A DNA stretch of 64,000 nucleotides from an uncultured Lachnospiraceae bacterium (GTDB lineage Bacteria; Bacillota; Clostridia; Lachnospirales; Lachnospiraceae): positions 8,017 to 72,016 of the forward strand of contig CACYXH010000003.1 in assembly GCA_902778245.1 (NCBI GenBank), in the 5' to 3' direction. This document shows positions 19,159 to 29,123 of this stretch, one piece after another. The notes under the pieces were generated by a model. It searched no databases and was not told the DNA's origin. It saw only the letters and a list, made by a program, of their open reading frames with translations. The number at the start of each line of letters is the position of its first letter. Within the stretch, counting starts at the first letter, position 1. The position numbers and the translations under genes were made by a program.

Positions 19159-19192
19159 AAGGAACCTGGATACGATCCAGGTTCCTTTTTTA
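19159..19192 (+). terminator. Rho-independent terminator of rpmB
   Basis: AAGGAACCTGGA-TACGA-TCCAGGTTCCTT is followed by TTTT. Confidence 0.8.
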
Positions 19193-19200
19193 TCGTCGTT

Positions 19201-19335
19201 CTATATAAATAAATTATATCCAATCAGCAGCAGTATCAGTATCAAAACTGTACGAATCAGAATGCTGCTGATAAACAGGCCGATGAACATTCCAACAGCA
19301 ATGCAAAAGAAGGAAAACCCGCACAAGCGTTTCAC
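19201..19335 (-). CDS. Possible 44-aa hydrophobic peptide (below the ORF-track size cutoff)
   Basis: My translation is (GTG)KRLCGFSFFCIAVGMFIGLFISSILIRTVLILILLLIGYNLFI*. A GGGAGG lies 5 nt upstream of the GTG. It sits downstream of ytfJ. Confidence 0.3.
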   Translation of the reverse strand: MKRLCGFSFFCIAVGMFIGLFISSILIRTVLILILLLIGYNLFI

Positions 19336-19390
19336 CTGCTGCCTCCCATTTTTCTCTCATTACTATTGTATGCGCATTCGGCCGGGTGCA

Positions 19391-19798
19391 TTAAAACTTC
19401 TCTTCTTTTTTCGCCGCCTCTTTGCAAGCCTTTTCTACATCCTGATCTACCGTTGTATCACTCTTTTTTCCAGGGATGAATTTATTTATAAGATCCGGTA
19501 CCATGTCCAGAACTTTCGTCACTCCATCCTGCTGTTTGACATTCACCAGTTTTGTGGTTCCATCCCTGATGACCAGAATCGCGCTGGGAGTCATTTTTCC
19601 CCCCATACCTCCACCGCCATTGTTTTTTTTCTCTTCATGCTTTGCAGAAGCCGCCACACCGAATGACACATCAATCAATGGCAATATGATGGTATCCCCG
19701 ATATGGATCGCGTCACCCACCACTGTTTTCGTGGTAATAAAGTTTTCCATGCCTTTAAACAAAGAATCTACGGTTGTCTGAAAATTATTGTCTGCCAT
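19391..19798 (-). CDS. ytfJ: Sporulation protein YtfJ (GerW family)
   Basis: 135 aa. The pattern is VGDAIHIGDTIILPLIDVSFGVAASA...GGGGMGGKMTPSAILVI. Confidence 0.8.
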   Translation of the reverse strand: MADNNFQTTVDSLFKGMENFITTKTVVGDAIHIGDTIILPLIDVSFGVAASAKHEEKKNNGGGGMGGKMTPSAILVIRDGTTKLVNVKQQDGVTKVLDMVPDLINKFIPGKKSDTTVDQDVEKACKEAAKKEEKF

Positions 19799-19851
19799 CT
19801 TATTTCCTCCTTCTTTGTATGGTTCTATCTACCCCTGACAGCCAGGGGGAT

Positions 19852-20727
19852 CTAATTTTCTCTAACTCTTCGAAGTATATTTCTAAACTCTTTATCCCGC
19901 CACATCAGGAATGCGACTTTTACCATGTAACAGGCTCTGACATGGCCTTTTAGTGCAATATCCGTCTCCAATACTTTCTCTGTGAAATCCGGAATAACGT
20001 CCATCTGATCCGATGATGACGGCAATAGCAGATAGATAAGTCCGGTCAGTTCTCCCGTAATATCCGGAGCGCCTGTCCCGAAGCGAAGCCAGCCCTTTAT
20101 CTTTCTCGGGCGATAATGTTTCCATAAATACTTCAGACGACTGATTATTCTGCTCAAAAGATTTCTTGCATCATCCTGAAGAAAGGGTTCTATTTTTTCT
20201 TTGATGTTGTTTTTATGCCTTTCCAGTTTATCCGGAATCTCCTGAACCTCGGAAAATAAATCTAATATTCTTTTTTGTTTCCGTTTCTGTTCATCTGATG
20301 TTTCGATAATACTTTTCTGATAATCCTGGGTATCCGGAATTTTTGTAGATATTTCCTTTCCAGTATAGTAACTGTCTCCCGTAGCCTCTGCTGTAGGAAC
20401 CGCTTTATTTTTTGGGCTATTCTTTCCTCTGGGGTTCTTTTGCTTTTTGTTTTTTTCCTTCCCACCGCCAAATCTCCTGATGGGGATGCCAAACAATTTT
20501 AATCTGACCGTCAACTGTTTCTCTTTATAATCTGCTGTTATCCCAATCAGATGCAGCAGCCACGAAACGCCGGCAGAACCCTCCAGAAGTTCCGTTTCTT
20601 TTTTTCCTGCCAGCCGGTATCTTACCGGCACAAACAGTAAAGCCAGGATTGCCAGGAGAAGCAATCCCAACAACGTCAGCAGAATAATACCTATTACTTT
20701 CAGTATTCCCAAAATAAGATGCAGCAT
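19852..20727 (-). CDS. DUF2953-like membrane protein (YtfI-like)
   Basis: 291 aa. It has an N-terminal TM helix and sits immediately upstream of ytfJ, as the ytfI-ytfJ pair does in sporeformers. Confidence 0.55.
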   Translation of the reverse strand: MLHLILGILKVIGIILLTLLGLLLLAILALLFVPVRYRLAGKKETELLEGSAGVSWLLHLIGITADYKEKQLTVRLKLFGIPIRRFGGGKEKNKKQKNPRGKNSPKNKAVPTAEATGDSYYTGKEISTKIPDTQDYQKSIIETSDEQKRKQKRILDLFSEVQEIPDKLERHKNNIKEKIEPFLQDDARNLLSRIISRLKYLWKHYRPRKIKGWLRFGTGAPDITGELTGLIYLLLPSSSDQMDVIPDFTEKVLETDIALKGHVRACYMVKVAFLMWRDKEFRNILRRVREN

Positions 20728-20736
20728 ATACCACTC

Positions 20737-21042
20737 CTATGCAAAAAACTCCCGCAATTTTATTTCGCCCGTCGTTTCATAAGCTTCCTGTACGATCTTC
20801 TCCAGCAGACGCAACGCTTCGCCTCGCCCCGATGCTATCCCCACGATCAGCGGGCAGTTTCTTCGAATATAGGAGAAGCGAAGCATATGTACCGATAGAA
20901 TCTCCAGCTGATTTTCCGGATTTGCCGCTAAAGTGATCAGATACGTGTTTCCGCGGTATTTTTCCTGCTCAATTTCACGGATAAGCCGTTCTTTCTTCTT
21001 TTCCACAGTTTTGCCAGTATATAGGTTCTGATACCAGTTCAT
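20737..21042 (-). CDS. Hypothetical protein
   Basis: Start at MNWYQNLY. 101 aa with no recognisable motif. Confidence 0.4.
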   Translation of the reverse strand: MNWYQNLYTGKTVEKKKERLIREIEQEKYRGNTYLITLAANPENQLEILSVHMLRFSYIRRNCPLIVGIASGRGEALRLLEKIVQEAYETTGEIKLREFFA

Positions 21043-21108
21043 GCAGATTTCCTTTCCGCCCTTTGTGGAAAAGGGCCCTTGCAAGACGTTTACAATGGCC
21101 CTTTCAGT

Positions 21109-21561
21109 TTAGAAATATTTTTTATTTCCCCAAAGATTTTTTTTCTTCAACTCCAAATATTCATTATAAGCTTTTTCCAGGATCATCTTCTCATTGGAGA
21201 ACTTCAGAAGATGATAGGCTTCATGAAATTTGTAATACCCTGAGTCTATAAAATACTCTTCTCGCTGTGGTTTACTGTAATAGCTGTCGGCCATCATCAA
21301 GTACCAGTGAACGTCCTTCTCCACTGTATCCTCCGGAACGTTAAAGGTATATTGACTTTTTCCCACGTATTTCACAATGGCAGCCTTGACTCCTGTTTCC
21401 TCCAGCACCTCTCTGGCAGCTGTCTCCTTAAATTCCTCACCAGCCTCTACAGTTCCCTTCGGCAATACCCATCCTTCATATTTGTTCTTGTAGCTCTTAT
21501 AAAGTACCAGTATTTTACCTCGAAAAATTACCACACCGCCACAGCTCGTTGCCTCGATCAT
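21109..21561 (-). CDS. NUDIX hydrolase
   Basis: 150 aa. The Nudix box is GTVEAGEEFKETAAREVLEETG. Confidence 0.8.
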   Translation of the reverse strand: MIEATSCGGVVIFRGKILVLYKSYKNKYEGWVLPKGTVEAGEEFKETAAREVLEETGVKAAIVKYVGKSQYTFNVPEDTVEKDVHWYLMMADSYYSKPQREEYFIDSGYYKFHEAYHLLKFSNEKMILEKAYNEYLELKKKNLWGNKKYF

Positions 21562-21672
21562 TGCAATTCCTCCTGTTATGCGTTGTGTCCATCAGACTGA
21601 GAACAGTATAACTCTTTTTTAAAAAACGTGCAACCGTTTCTTAATAGTTTCAAAAACCCTTGATGCGTTTCC

Positions 21673-23169
21673 CTAATAATAATAAGCGTCAAAAATTGCC
21701 CTGGCAATGGGCACCGCAGTCTGACTTCCGGTACCGCCGTCCTCGGCGATTACCGCCACAACAATATCCGGATCATCCACGTTGGAAAAGCCCACAAACC
21801 AGGAATGTGTTCCGGTGACGCCTCCCGAATCATACTCTGCCGATCCTGTCTTACCGGCGGCGGAATACCCGGAATAGCTTAATTCCACTGCAGTTCCGCT
21901 GGTTACCGTCTCCTTCATAAACTCGGTCAGCACTCCCGCTTCCTCCGGAGTCATCATCTTTCCGTAAATAGATGGTTTTGTCTCGGAGACCGTATCCCCA
22001 TCGCTGTTCTCCACCCTGGCAACACAGTAGGGCTTCATCAGCACCCCGCCATTGGCCACGGCTGAGGTGATCAGCGCCATGTGCAGGGGCGTCACCAGCG
22101 TATCTCCCTGACCGATGGAAGTTGTCATAATCTCACCGTAGGAAGAATCACGGTTCAATTTGAACACGCTCTCACTATGGGGGAATTGTGTAGGCAGGGA
22201 GGTATTAAATAAAAATCTTTCCGCCAGCTTTTTAAATTGGCCGCAATCCAGATCCAGTCCTATATGGGAGAATGCAGTATTGCACGAATGCGCAAAAGCG
22301 GACTTTAAATCCTCCCGCCCGTGGACACTCTGGTTGTAACAAGTAATCGTGACGTTTTCCTCTGTCAATGTTCCGGTGCAGTCAAAGAAAAAGTTTTCAT
22401 AATTTCCGTTGTTTTCCCGCAGATAAGCCAGCGTTGTCAAAATCTTAAAAGTGGATCCCGGCGGATACAGCCCCTGCGTAGCTCTGTTGAGCAATGCACT
22501 GTTTGACTCATTCGTCACCATGCTCTGCCATTCCTCTGAGATCGTATTGGGGTTAAAATCCGGCTTGGACACCATAGCAAGGATCTTTCCGCTGCCAGGT
22601 TCCAGCACCACCACAGCCCCCTTATAGGAGCCCAGGGCATTGTAGGCCGCCTGCTGCAGTGTCGGATTTAAAGTTACCACCACGGTATCTCCCTGACTCT
22701 TATCATTGCCGCTTTCATTATTCAACTGACTTAGCAGCGAGGAGTGAGAACTGAGCAGATCTTTATTGGCAATTGCCTCCAGCCCGGCTTTTCCGTTATT
22801 TGCGTAACCGATCACATGAGCAAACACATTGCTGTAAGGATAATAGCGGGTCTCGTTTCCGTTCTCGTCCACATTCGTAACTGCCAGCACAACGCCTTCC
22901 TCCGTCACAATGGAACCCCGGATCACAGTATCTGTGCGTGTATCTTGTTTGGTATTATATACGTTAGAATTGATCTCTTCCCGTTTAACAACATTCAGGT
23001 AGATCAGATATCCCACCAGGAGCAGAAACAGAAACACGAATACATAAGTCACGATCACCAGTTCTGTATTGCGCCCACGGTCAGTACTGACCTCCTGGGT
23101 TTCCGTATCCAGCCGGATCTCCCGAACTTTGATATTGCTGCTGGAACTTTTTGAATCTCTCTTCTTCAT
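21673..23169 (-). CDS. Penicillin-binding protein 2 / peptidoglycan D,D-transpeptidase (class B PBP)
   Basis: Start at MKKRDSK (GAGGAAG RBS). It has a single TM helix, then the STFK, SCN (SxN) and KTGS(A) transpeptidase motifs. Confidence 0.8.
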   Translation of the reverse strand: MKKRDSKSSSSNIKVREIRLDTETQEVSTDRGRNTELVIVTYVFVFLFLLLVGYLIYLNVVKREEINSNVYNTKQDTRTDTVIRGSIVTEEGVVLAVTNVDENGNETRYYPYSNVFAHVIGYANNGKAGLEAIANKDLLSSHSSLLSQLNNESGNDKSQGDTVVVTLNPTLQQAAYNALGSYKGAVVVLEPGSGKILAMVSKPDFNPNTISEEWQSMVTNESNSALLNRATQGLYPPGSTFKILTTLAYLRENNGNYENFFFDCTGTLTEENVTITCYNQSVHGREDLKSAFAHSCNTAFSHIGLDLDCGQFKKLAERFLFNTSLPTQFPHSESVFKLNRDSSYGEIMTTSIGQGDTLVTPLHMALITSAVANGGVLMKPYCVARVENSDGDTVSETKPSIYGKMMTPEEAGVLTEFMKETVTSGTAVELSYSGYSAAGKTGSAEYDSGGVTGTHSWFVGFSNVDDPDIVVAVIAEDGGTGSQTAVPIARAIFDAYYY

Positions 23170-24502
23170 CTTTGTCTTCCTCATCTCTTCTGAGCATATA
23201 CAGTCCCTGAACAATGGCGAACATGATCAGCGTACTTAATACAGAACTGCCTCCGTAGCTCACCAAAGGCAGCGTTACACCCGTCAGCGGAATCAGTTTC
23301 ATACCGCCTCCCACCGTCAGGAACACCTGCACCGCATAAGTCGTACCGAGTCCCAGCGCCACCAGTCGATAAAAACGGTTTGTTAATTTCATGGATATAT
23401 TAATAAACATAATAAAGCAGCTCATGCACACCAAAAGCAGGCAGATGGAGAAAATACCTCCCAGTTCCTCCGTGATCGCAGAAAACATCATATCCTGTTC
23501 CACATAGGGAATGGCATCAGGCGATCCTTGATAAAGCCCGGTTCCAAACCATCCTCCCGCAGCGATGGAAAACAGGGATTGACAGATCTGATAGCCGCCC
23601 CCGGAATAATCGGAAAACGGGTCTCTCCAGATCGCTACCCTCACCCGGATATGAGAAAACATAAAATAGGCTGCTATGGAAGCCAATGCTCCGGAAATTA
23701 TCCCCGTCAACACCAAAAACGGATTTCTGGTAGATGCAAACAACATTACCAGATAAGTAATAAAAAAGATCAGCGCGCTTCCAAGATCCGTAGAGATCAC
23801 CAGGATCAGTACATGCACCGCTGCCAGTCCGGTGGCGATCACCACACGTTTGAAATCTTTCGCATCTGCCAGAAGTCCCGCTACAGCAAACACAAAAATA
23901 ATCTTAACAAATTCCGATGGCTGAAACGTAAAGAAGCTGCCAATATTCAATGACAATTTTGCTCCGTTGGTAACGCGTGCCGCCACAAATACCAGCCCCA
24001 GAAGCCCGATACCTACAAAACTGTATGCCCAGGTCATTTTCGTGATCACCAGCAGCTTTCGGATAATCACCGGGATGATCAGCGCCATCGCGGTTCCCGC
24101 CACTACGATCTTAAACTGCTTGATGGCCTGATTGCAGGAATGATCCGCCGATAAACGAGTGACCATGATAAAACCCACCGTCAGCAGCATACACATGTTA
24201 TTGATCAGAAGTTTTGACGCTTTCGGATACAGATTTTTAAACAGGATCAGCGTGGCTGCCAGATAGATCACCTGCGCTCCATAAAACACTGCAAGCGTCA
24301 TGTTCATTGTTTTTAAAAACATCACCAGAAAAGCAATAAAATGGAGAAAAAACATGGATACATTCTGGCGAAGAAACACATATTCTTTGGCCCGTACATT
24401 GGTCCGACGAAATACCGTATAGCTCTGTACGGTATAGATCACCATCAGTACAATGATCAGATATCTGGAGACCTGTACTGCCAAATTAATCAGATTCGAC
24501 AT
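23081..24502 (-). CDS. FtsW/RodA/SpoVE-family peptidoglycan glycosyltransferase
   Basis: 473 aa, polytopic. FQPSEFVKI and LPLVSYGGSS are the SEDS motifs. Its acidic C-terminal tail overlaps the PBP gene. Confidence 0.85.
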   Translation of the reverse strand: MSNLINLAVQVSRYLIIVLMVIYTVQSYTVFRRTNVRAKEYVFLRQNVSMFFLHFIAFLVMFLKTMNMTLAVFYGAQVIYLAATLILFKNLYPKASKLLINNMCMLLTVGFIMVTRLSADHSCNQAIKQFKIVVAGTAMALIIPVIIRKLLVITKMTWAYSFVGIGLLGLVFVAARVTNGAKLSLNIGSFFTFQPSEFVKIIFVFAVAGLLADAKDFKRVVIATGLAAVHVLILVISTDLGSALIFFITYLVMLFASTRNPFLVLTGIISGALASIAAYFMFSHIRVRVAIWRDPFSDYSGGGYQICQSLFSIAAGGWFGTGLYQGSPDAIPYVEQDMMFSAITEELGGIFSICLLLVCMSCFIMFINISMKLTNRFYRLVALGLGTTYAVQVFLTVGGGMKLIPLTGVTLPLVSYGGSSVLSTLIMFAIVQGLYMLRRDEEDKDEEERFKKFQQQYQSSGDPAGYGNPGGQY

Positions 24503-24509
24503 ATCGCTT

Positions 24510-26909
24510 CTATTCTACTCCCCTCTTAAAATGTCCCCGGGTTCCAACTGAAACAGCTTTTTCTATTATAGCTCCTTCAAAAAAGCACTCCGTGGCAGCC
24601 CGCGTAATTTCTTTCACTCCCACGGCATCCTCAAAAGTGAAATTCAGCCGGCAGGATGCGGGCTTTAATTCACACACTTCCCGGCTCATGGAGATTAGAT
24701 CCAGTGGCAGAGAATTGTAAATCGTGTTGGTGCAAAGGCTGCATTGATTCCGTACCGGAAATTCCATATTCTTTCGATCCTTCAACATCAGGACTCCCGG
24801 TGTTCTCCTGCAGCCAGCAGTGTTTTTTGCCAGGCACTGGGCAGTCACCATCAATGGCAGATGTCCATAAATAATACACTCGCTTCCCTGGCATCCTCTT
24901 TCCATAAGTTCTCTGCGATTGCACTCCAGAGGCAAGGTATCCCTGCTGATCCCGTAGTTTCTTAAAACTGCTCTGGCTTCTTTATTATACGTATAAATAC
25001 TGCTGTCTGCAATCAATTCCTTTTTACCGGCAAATCTGCGCATATACTCCAACTGTTCCACACTGCGAAGCAAAAATCCGTCTGCCTGGTCCATTACTGA
25101 ATCAGGGAAGAAACGCCCAAAAGACCGAATACCTCGCTCCCTCCAGATCTGGGGCAGCGCTAAATACCCTCTCTTTCCCTTATCATGAAGCATCTGCATG
25201 GCCTGTCCGAACAGGACGCCCCGCTCCGCCGTATATGGTTTCATGAACATACAGCAGTCCATATATATTCCTGAAACAGCACACTGTTCCAATAGTGCAT
25301 AGAACTGTTCAAAAGTTTCCACGGAAGCTCTCATCTGCATGTTTTCAATTCCCGGGGCAAATGGATCTATCTCTGGTTCGGAGAGCGGGCTGGCTTTTCT
25401 TTTATAAGAAAACAATATTTCATTTTTCAATCGTCCCAGGGCGATCCTGCGCAGTTCATTTAATCCCTGCATGGGATAAAACAGTCCCTCTTCCAGCTGG
25501 ATTTCCAACTTTTCAAAGAGGAATGGAGTGTTTCCTGTTTTGTTCAACTGGCGGCGGACGGTTTCTTCCTCCAAAGGCCGATTCGCTGCATTCTGGGCTT
25601 TTTCTCCCTCAACAGTCACTGATACGTTTTTCCATGTCACTCTCAGTATAGCCGAATTTTCTTTTTTAAGAATGAATTTTCCCTTAATTTTTTCCTGATT
25701 TTCCTTATTCAGATAATTCTCCCTGATATCCTGTAATAATTGTTCAGAACGTACTCTGGAAAAAACCTGTCCATTTTTTATTAATCGCAAATTTCCTTGA
25801 GCCCAAAACTCTTTTCCTCTTGCTACCTGTTCTTTTATGATCCATTCTCTCCCTGTATTCCTGGGAGCGGGATCCACCTCCAGCGCATCCCCCACCCAGA
25901 GCGGTTCCAGCGCCTTCAGGCGAATTTTACCATTCCTGACCCCCACCACCTGCGCAGCCTTTGTTCCACAGTGGTTGGGGCGCTCCATGGCCATCATTTC
26001 TCTGCTGTTATAGGCGTAATAATACCCTTTTGAGAATCCGCCTCGATTATAAAGATCCATCAGTATCCTTTCGTCCTCCGGATCAACGCAATACTGTTCC
26101 CGCCCGTGTTGTTGGTATAGGTCTATATATTTTCGATAAATCCGGGTCACCCCCGCCGCGTACTCCGGACGTTTCATTCTTCCTTCAATCTTCAATGAAG
26201 CAATACCGATATCTGCCAGATCCGGCAGCAAGGCAAGAGCAGATATATCTTTCAGGCTTAGCAGATATCGCTCCCCCGGACTGTTCAGGCGAACCCCTTC
26301 CTGATATAGATCATACGGGAGCCTGCAGGGCTGGGCACAACGCCCCCTGTTACCGCTCCTGCCTCCGATCATACTGCTAAACAGGCACTGACCTGAGTAG
26401 CAATAGCAGAGAGCGCCGTGAACAAAACATTCCAGTTCTATATCCACTTCCTTTCGTATCTTCCTGATTTCATCCAGTGTAAGCTCCCTGGAGAGTACCA
26501 CCCGTTGGGCTCCCATCCCCTTTAACAGCCTCACACCGTCCACTCCGGATATGGTCATCTGAGTGCTGACGTGTAAAGGAAGCTCCGGAAAGTTTCGTCG
26601 GATAAATTGAAATACACCAAGATCCTGAACCAACACCGCATCTAAACCATGTTCATAGAGTGGCAGCAGATAATCGTAAAGTTCCCGTTCCAGTTCCTGC
26701 TCTTTCAGAAGGGTATTTACGGTAAGATACAGTTTTCTTTCTCGAAGATGGCAATAGTCCATGGCAAACAGCAGGTCATTCTCCTCCGGGTTCTGAGCGT
26801 AAGCCCTCGCCCCAAATCGAATTCCGCCCATATATACCGCATCCGCACCTGCGTTGATTGCTGCCTTCAACCCCTCGCAGGATCCTCCTGGCGCCAGTAG
26901 TTCTGTCAT
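24510..26909 (-). CDS. Peptidase U32-family protein, long form
   Basis: 799 aa. The N-terminus ELLAPGGSCEGLKAAINAGADAVYMGG and the motif EGRMKRPEYAAGVTRIYR are typical of U32. Confidence 0.85.
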   Translation of the reverse strand: MTELLAPGGSCEGLKAAINAGADAVYMGGIRFGARAYAQNPEENDLLFAMDYCHLRERKLYLTVNTLLKEQELERELYDYLLPLYEHGLDAVLVQDLGVFQFIRRNFPELPLHVSTQMTISGVDGVRLLKGMGAQRVVLSRELTLDEIRKIRKEVDIELECFVHGALCYCYSGQCLFSSMIGGRSGNRGRCAQPCRLPYDLYQEGVRLNSPGERYLLSLKDISALALLPDLADIGIASLKIEGRMKRPEYAAGVTRIYRKYIDLYQQHGREQYCVDPEDERILMDLYNRGGFSKGYYYAYNSREMMAMERPNHCGTKAAQVVGVRNGKIRLKALEPLWVGDALEVDPAPRNTGREWIIKEQVARGKEFWAQGNLRLIKNGQVFSRVRSEQLLQDIRENYLNKENQEKIKGKFILKKENSAILRVTWKNVSVTVEGEKAQNAANRPLEEETVRRQLNKTGNTPFLFEKLEIQLEEGLFYPMQGLNELRRIALGRLKNEILFSYKRKASPLSEPEIDPFAPGIENMQMRASVETFEQFYALLEQCAVSGIYMDCCMFMKPYTAERGVLFGQAMQMLHDKGKRGYLALPQIWRERGIRSFGRFFPDSVMDQADGFLLRSVEQLEYMRRFAGKKELIADSSIYTYNKEARAVLRNYGISRDTLPLECNRRELMERGCQGSECIIYGHLPLMVTAQCLAKNTAGCRRTPGVLMLKDRKNMEFPVRNQCSLCTNTIYNSLPLDLISMSREVCELKPASCRLNFTFEDAVGVKEITRAATECFFEGAIIEKAVSVGTRGHFKRGVE

Positions 26910-26950
26910 ATAGTATCCTTTCTATAGAACTCTTTCATTATAAAATTTAT

Positions 26951-26999
26951 GGGGCCGTCGTATTAAGCTGACCATGGTCATTCTTAATGCGGCAACCCC
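26951..26999 (-). terminator. Long imperfect hairpin after zapA
   Basis: GGGG..GCATTAAG..TGACCATGGTCA..CTTAATAC..CCCC on the minus strand is followed by ATAAATTTTAT. Confidence 0.4.
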
Positions 27000-27012
27000 T
27001 TTCACATCAAGG

Positions 27013-27435
27013 TTATTTTTTGCGTACCTGATCTTTTAAGTTTTCCAGCTGGGTTTCCAACTGTACGATACGCTTTTGATAATCGGTAGCTTCTTCCTGC
27101 AAAGTTGCCAAAGAACGCTCGGCGGTTTCCAGTTTTATCTGTTCCGATATCAATTCATGTTTAATTTCATACAGTTCCTTATCTTTCTGTGAAAGTTCGT
27201 TCTCCAGATTGTCCGCCTGTTTTTTGGCCTTAAAATAATCGTCCGCTGTATTCAGATTCAGTAAAATAGACTGTAAATCGGATGACAGCCGATGGTAACC
27301 TTCCAGATTCTTAATCTCTGAGATTTTATTATTCAGATAAGCCGCCACACGCTGCAGATATTCCTCACTCTCATAACCGCTCATGGTATAGATTTTACCA
27401 TCGATCAATACTTCTGCCCTGTTTTTGGATGACAT
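27013..27435 (-). CDS. zapA: Cell division protein ZapA
   Basis: Start at MSSKNRAEVLIDGKIYTMSG. The ORF-track N-terminal extension overlaps ruvB and is unlikely to be real. The C-terminus is a coiled coil. Confidence 0.75.
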   Translation of the reverse strand: MSSKNRAEVLIDGKIYTMSGYESEEYLQRVAAYLNNKISEIKNLEGYHRLSSDLQSILLNLNTADDYFKAKKQADNLENELSQKDKELYEIKHELISEQIKLETAERSLATLQEEATDYQKRIVQLETQLENLKDQVRKK

Positions 27436-27496
27436 ATGATATCCTGCCTTTCCCTGCATTCTTGTACTACTTTTATTATAATATAAATATCGTGAA

Positions 27497-28483
27497 TTAC
27501 AACCCCAGATGATGATACGCCTTTTCAGAAACTGTACGACCTTTGGGCGTGCGGTTGATAAATCCATTCTTGATCAGATACGGCTCGTACACATCTTCGA
27601 TAGTTCCTGAGTCCTCGCCTATCGCTGCTGCAAGAGTATCAAGCCCTACCGGCCCGCCGGAAAATTTCTTGATCATCGTGGTGAGAATATTGCGGTCAAT
27701 GGCATCCAGCCCATAGCGATCTACTTCCAGAAGATCAAGAGCCATAGCTGCCACTTCTTCCGTAATTTCTCCATCATATTTCACCTGTGCAAAATCCCGG
27801 ACACGCTTTAGGAAGCGGTTTGCCAGGCGAGGTGTACCTCTGGATCTTCGTGCCAGCTCCAAAGCTCCTTTTTCATCTATTTTTACCTTCAACACCTCTG
27901 CAGAGCGCATGATAATTGTCTTTAACTCCTGCTCAGTATAGAATTCCAGATGATGGACCACACCAAAACGGTCTCTAAGCGGAGCCGTCAAAAGCCCGGC
28001 CCTGGTAGTTGCTCCTACCAAAGTAAAGCGGGGCAGATCCAGACGAATGGAACGGGCGGCCGCCCCCTTTCCAATCATAATATCAATGGCAAAGTCCTCC
28101 ATTGCCGGGTACAGTACCTCTTCCACCTGTCGGTTGAGCCGGTGTATCTCATCCACGAAGAGTACGTCTCCTTCCTGAAGATTATTCAGTACTGCGGCCA
28201 TTTCCCCCGGCTTTTCTATGGCCGGTCCGGAAGTAATCTTGATATTGACTCCCATTTCATTGGCAATAATGCCCGCCAGAGTAGTTTTTCCAAGCCCGGG
28301 TGGGCCATAGAACAGTACATGATCCAGGGTATCTTTCCTCTGTTTTGCAGCCTCAATATAAATTTTCAGCGTACTTTTAGCCTTTTCCTGCCCAATATAT
28401 TCTTCCAGCGACTGGGGGCGCAGGTTGGGTTCCAGACGCAGATCTTCTTCTGTAGTATCCGTTGTAATAATCCGTTTTCCCAT
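27497..28483 (-). CDS. ruvB: Holliday junction branch migration helicase RuvB
   Basis: 328 aa with [23 protein letters not shown] and DEIHRL. Confidence 0.95.
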   Translation of the reverse strand: MGKRIITTDTTEEDLRLEPNLRPQSLEEYIGQEKAKSTLKIYIEAAKQRKDTLDHVLFYGPPGLGKTTLAGIIANEMGVNIKITSGPAIEKPGEMAAVLNNLQEGDVLFVDEIHRLNRQVEEVLYPAMEDFAIDIMIGKGAAARSIRLDLPRFTLVGATTRAGLLTAPLRDRFGVVHHLEFYTEQELKTIIMRSAEVLKVKIDEKGALELARRSRGTPRLANRFLKRVRDFAQVKYDGEITEEVAAMALDLLEVDRYGLDAIDRNILTTMIKKFSGGPVGLDTLAAAIGEDSGTIEDVYEPYLIKNGFINRTPKGRTVSEKAYHHLGL

Positions 28484-28505
28484 CTTTCACTCCAGGTATT
28501 ATATT

Positions 28506-29111
28506 CTATATACTGATCATCTTGAGTGCCAGCTTCAGAATTGCCTCAGTATCCATATCCTCGGTGATCTCCACTTTCTTTACCGCCCGCAGCGCCTCCG
28601 AATTTGTATACCCCAGCGCTACCAGCGCCTGTACCGCCTGATTGCGGCTATCTTCGTTCTCACTCTGGCTGCCCTTCCTTTTCTCCAGTTTCTTTTCGAA
28701 GGCCTCCTCCAGACTCAGTTTATCTTTTAATTCCAGAATCAGTTTTTGTGCCGTCTTATTTCCAATGCCGGGCGCCTTTGCAATGGTCTTCACATCATCC
28801 GATAAGACAGCAAATCGCAGATCATCTGCGGACAATACGGACAATATGCCAAGTCCGGCCTTTGGTCCGATGCCATTGACATTCAGCAGCAGCTTATAGA
28901 CCTCCAGATCGTCTTCCGACAAAAAACCGAACAGCTGCATTGCGTCCTCACGGACACTCAGATAAGTATGTATCGTGACACTCTCCCCTACAGATGGCAT
29001 ATCCGCTGCGTCTCTTCCGGAAATAAAAATCTGATACCCCACCTGGTTCACATCTAACACCAGACGGTTTTCGCTGACCGACACCACTTCACCCCTTAAA
29101 AACGTTATCAT
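28506..29111 (-). CDS. ruvA: Holliday junction DNA helicase RuvA
   Basis: 201 aa with MITFLRGEV..., LLNVNGIGPKAGLGILS and IAKAPGIGNKTAQKLILEL. Confidence 0.9.
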   Translation of the reverse strand: MITFLRGEVVSVSENRLVLDVNQVGYQIFISGRDAADMPSVGESVTIHTYLSVREDAMQLFGFLSEDDLEVYKLLLNVNGIGPKAGLGILSVLSADDLRFAVLSDDVKTIAKAPGIGNKTAQKLILELKDKLSLEEAFEKKLEKRKGSQSENEDSRNQAVQALVALGYTNSEALRAVKKVEITEDMDTEAILKLALKMISI

Positions 29112-29123
29112 CTTCTTTTCCTC

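Noticed and set aside
27436-27567. The ORF track shows N-terminal extensions on several genes. These include zapA, spoIVA (34628-34702), pta (48168-48221), rpmB (18869-18955), the SASP gene, the MGS-like gene, asp23 and the HTH protein (3946-4005).
   Set aside because: In each case an internal ATG is preceded by a good Shine-Dalgarno sequence and gives the N-terminus and length typical of the family. The extensions overlap upstream genes or promoters and encode implausible peptides.
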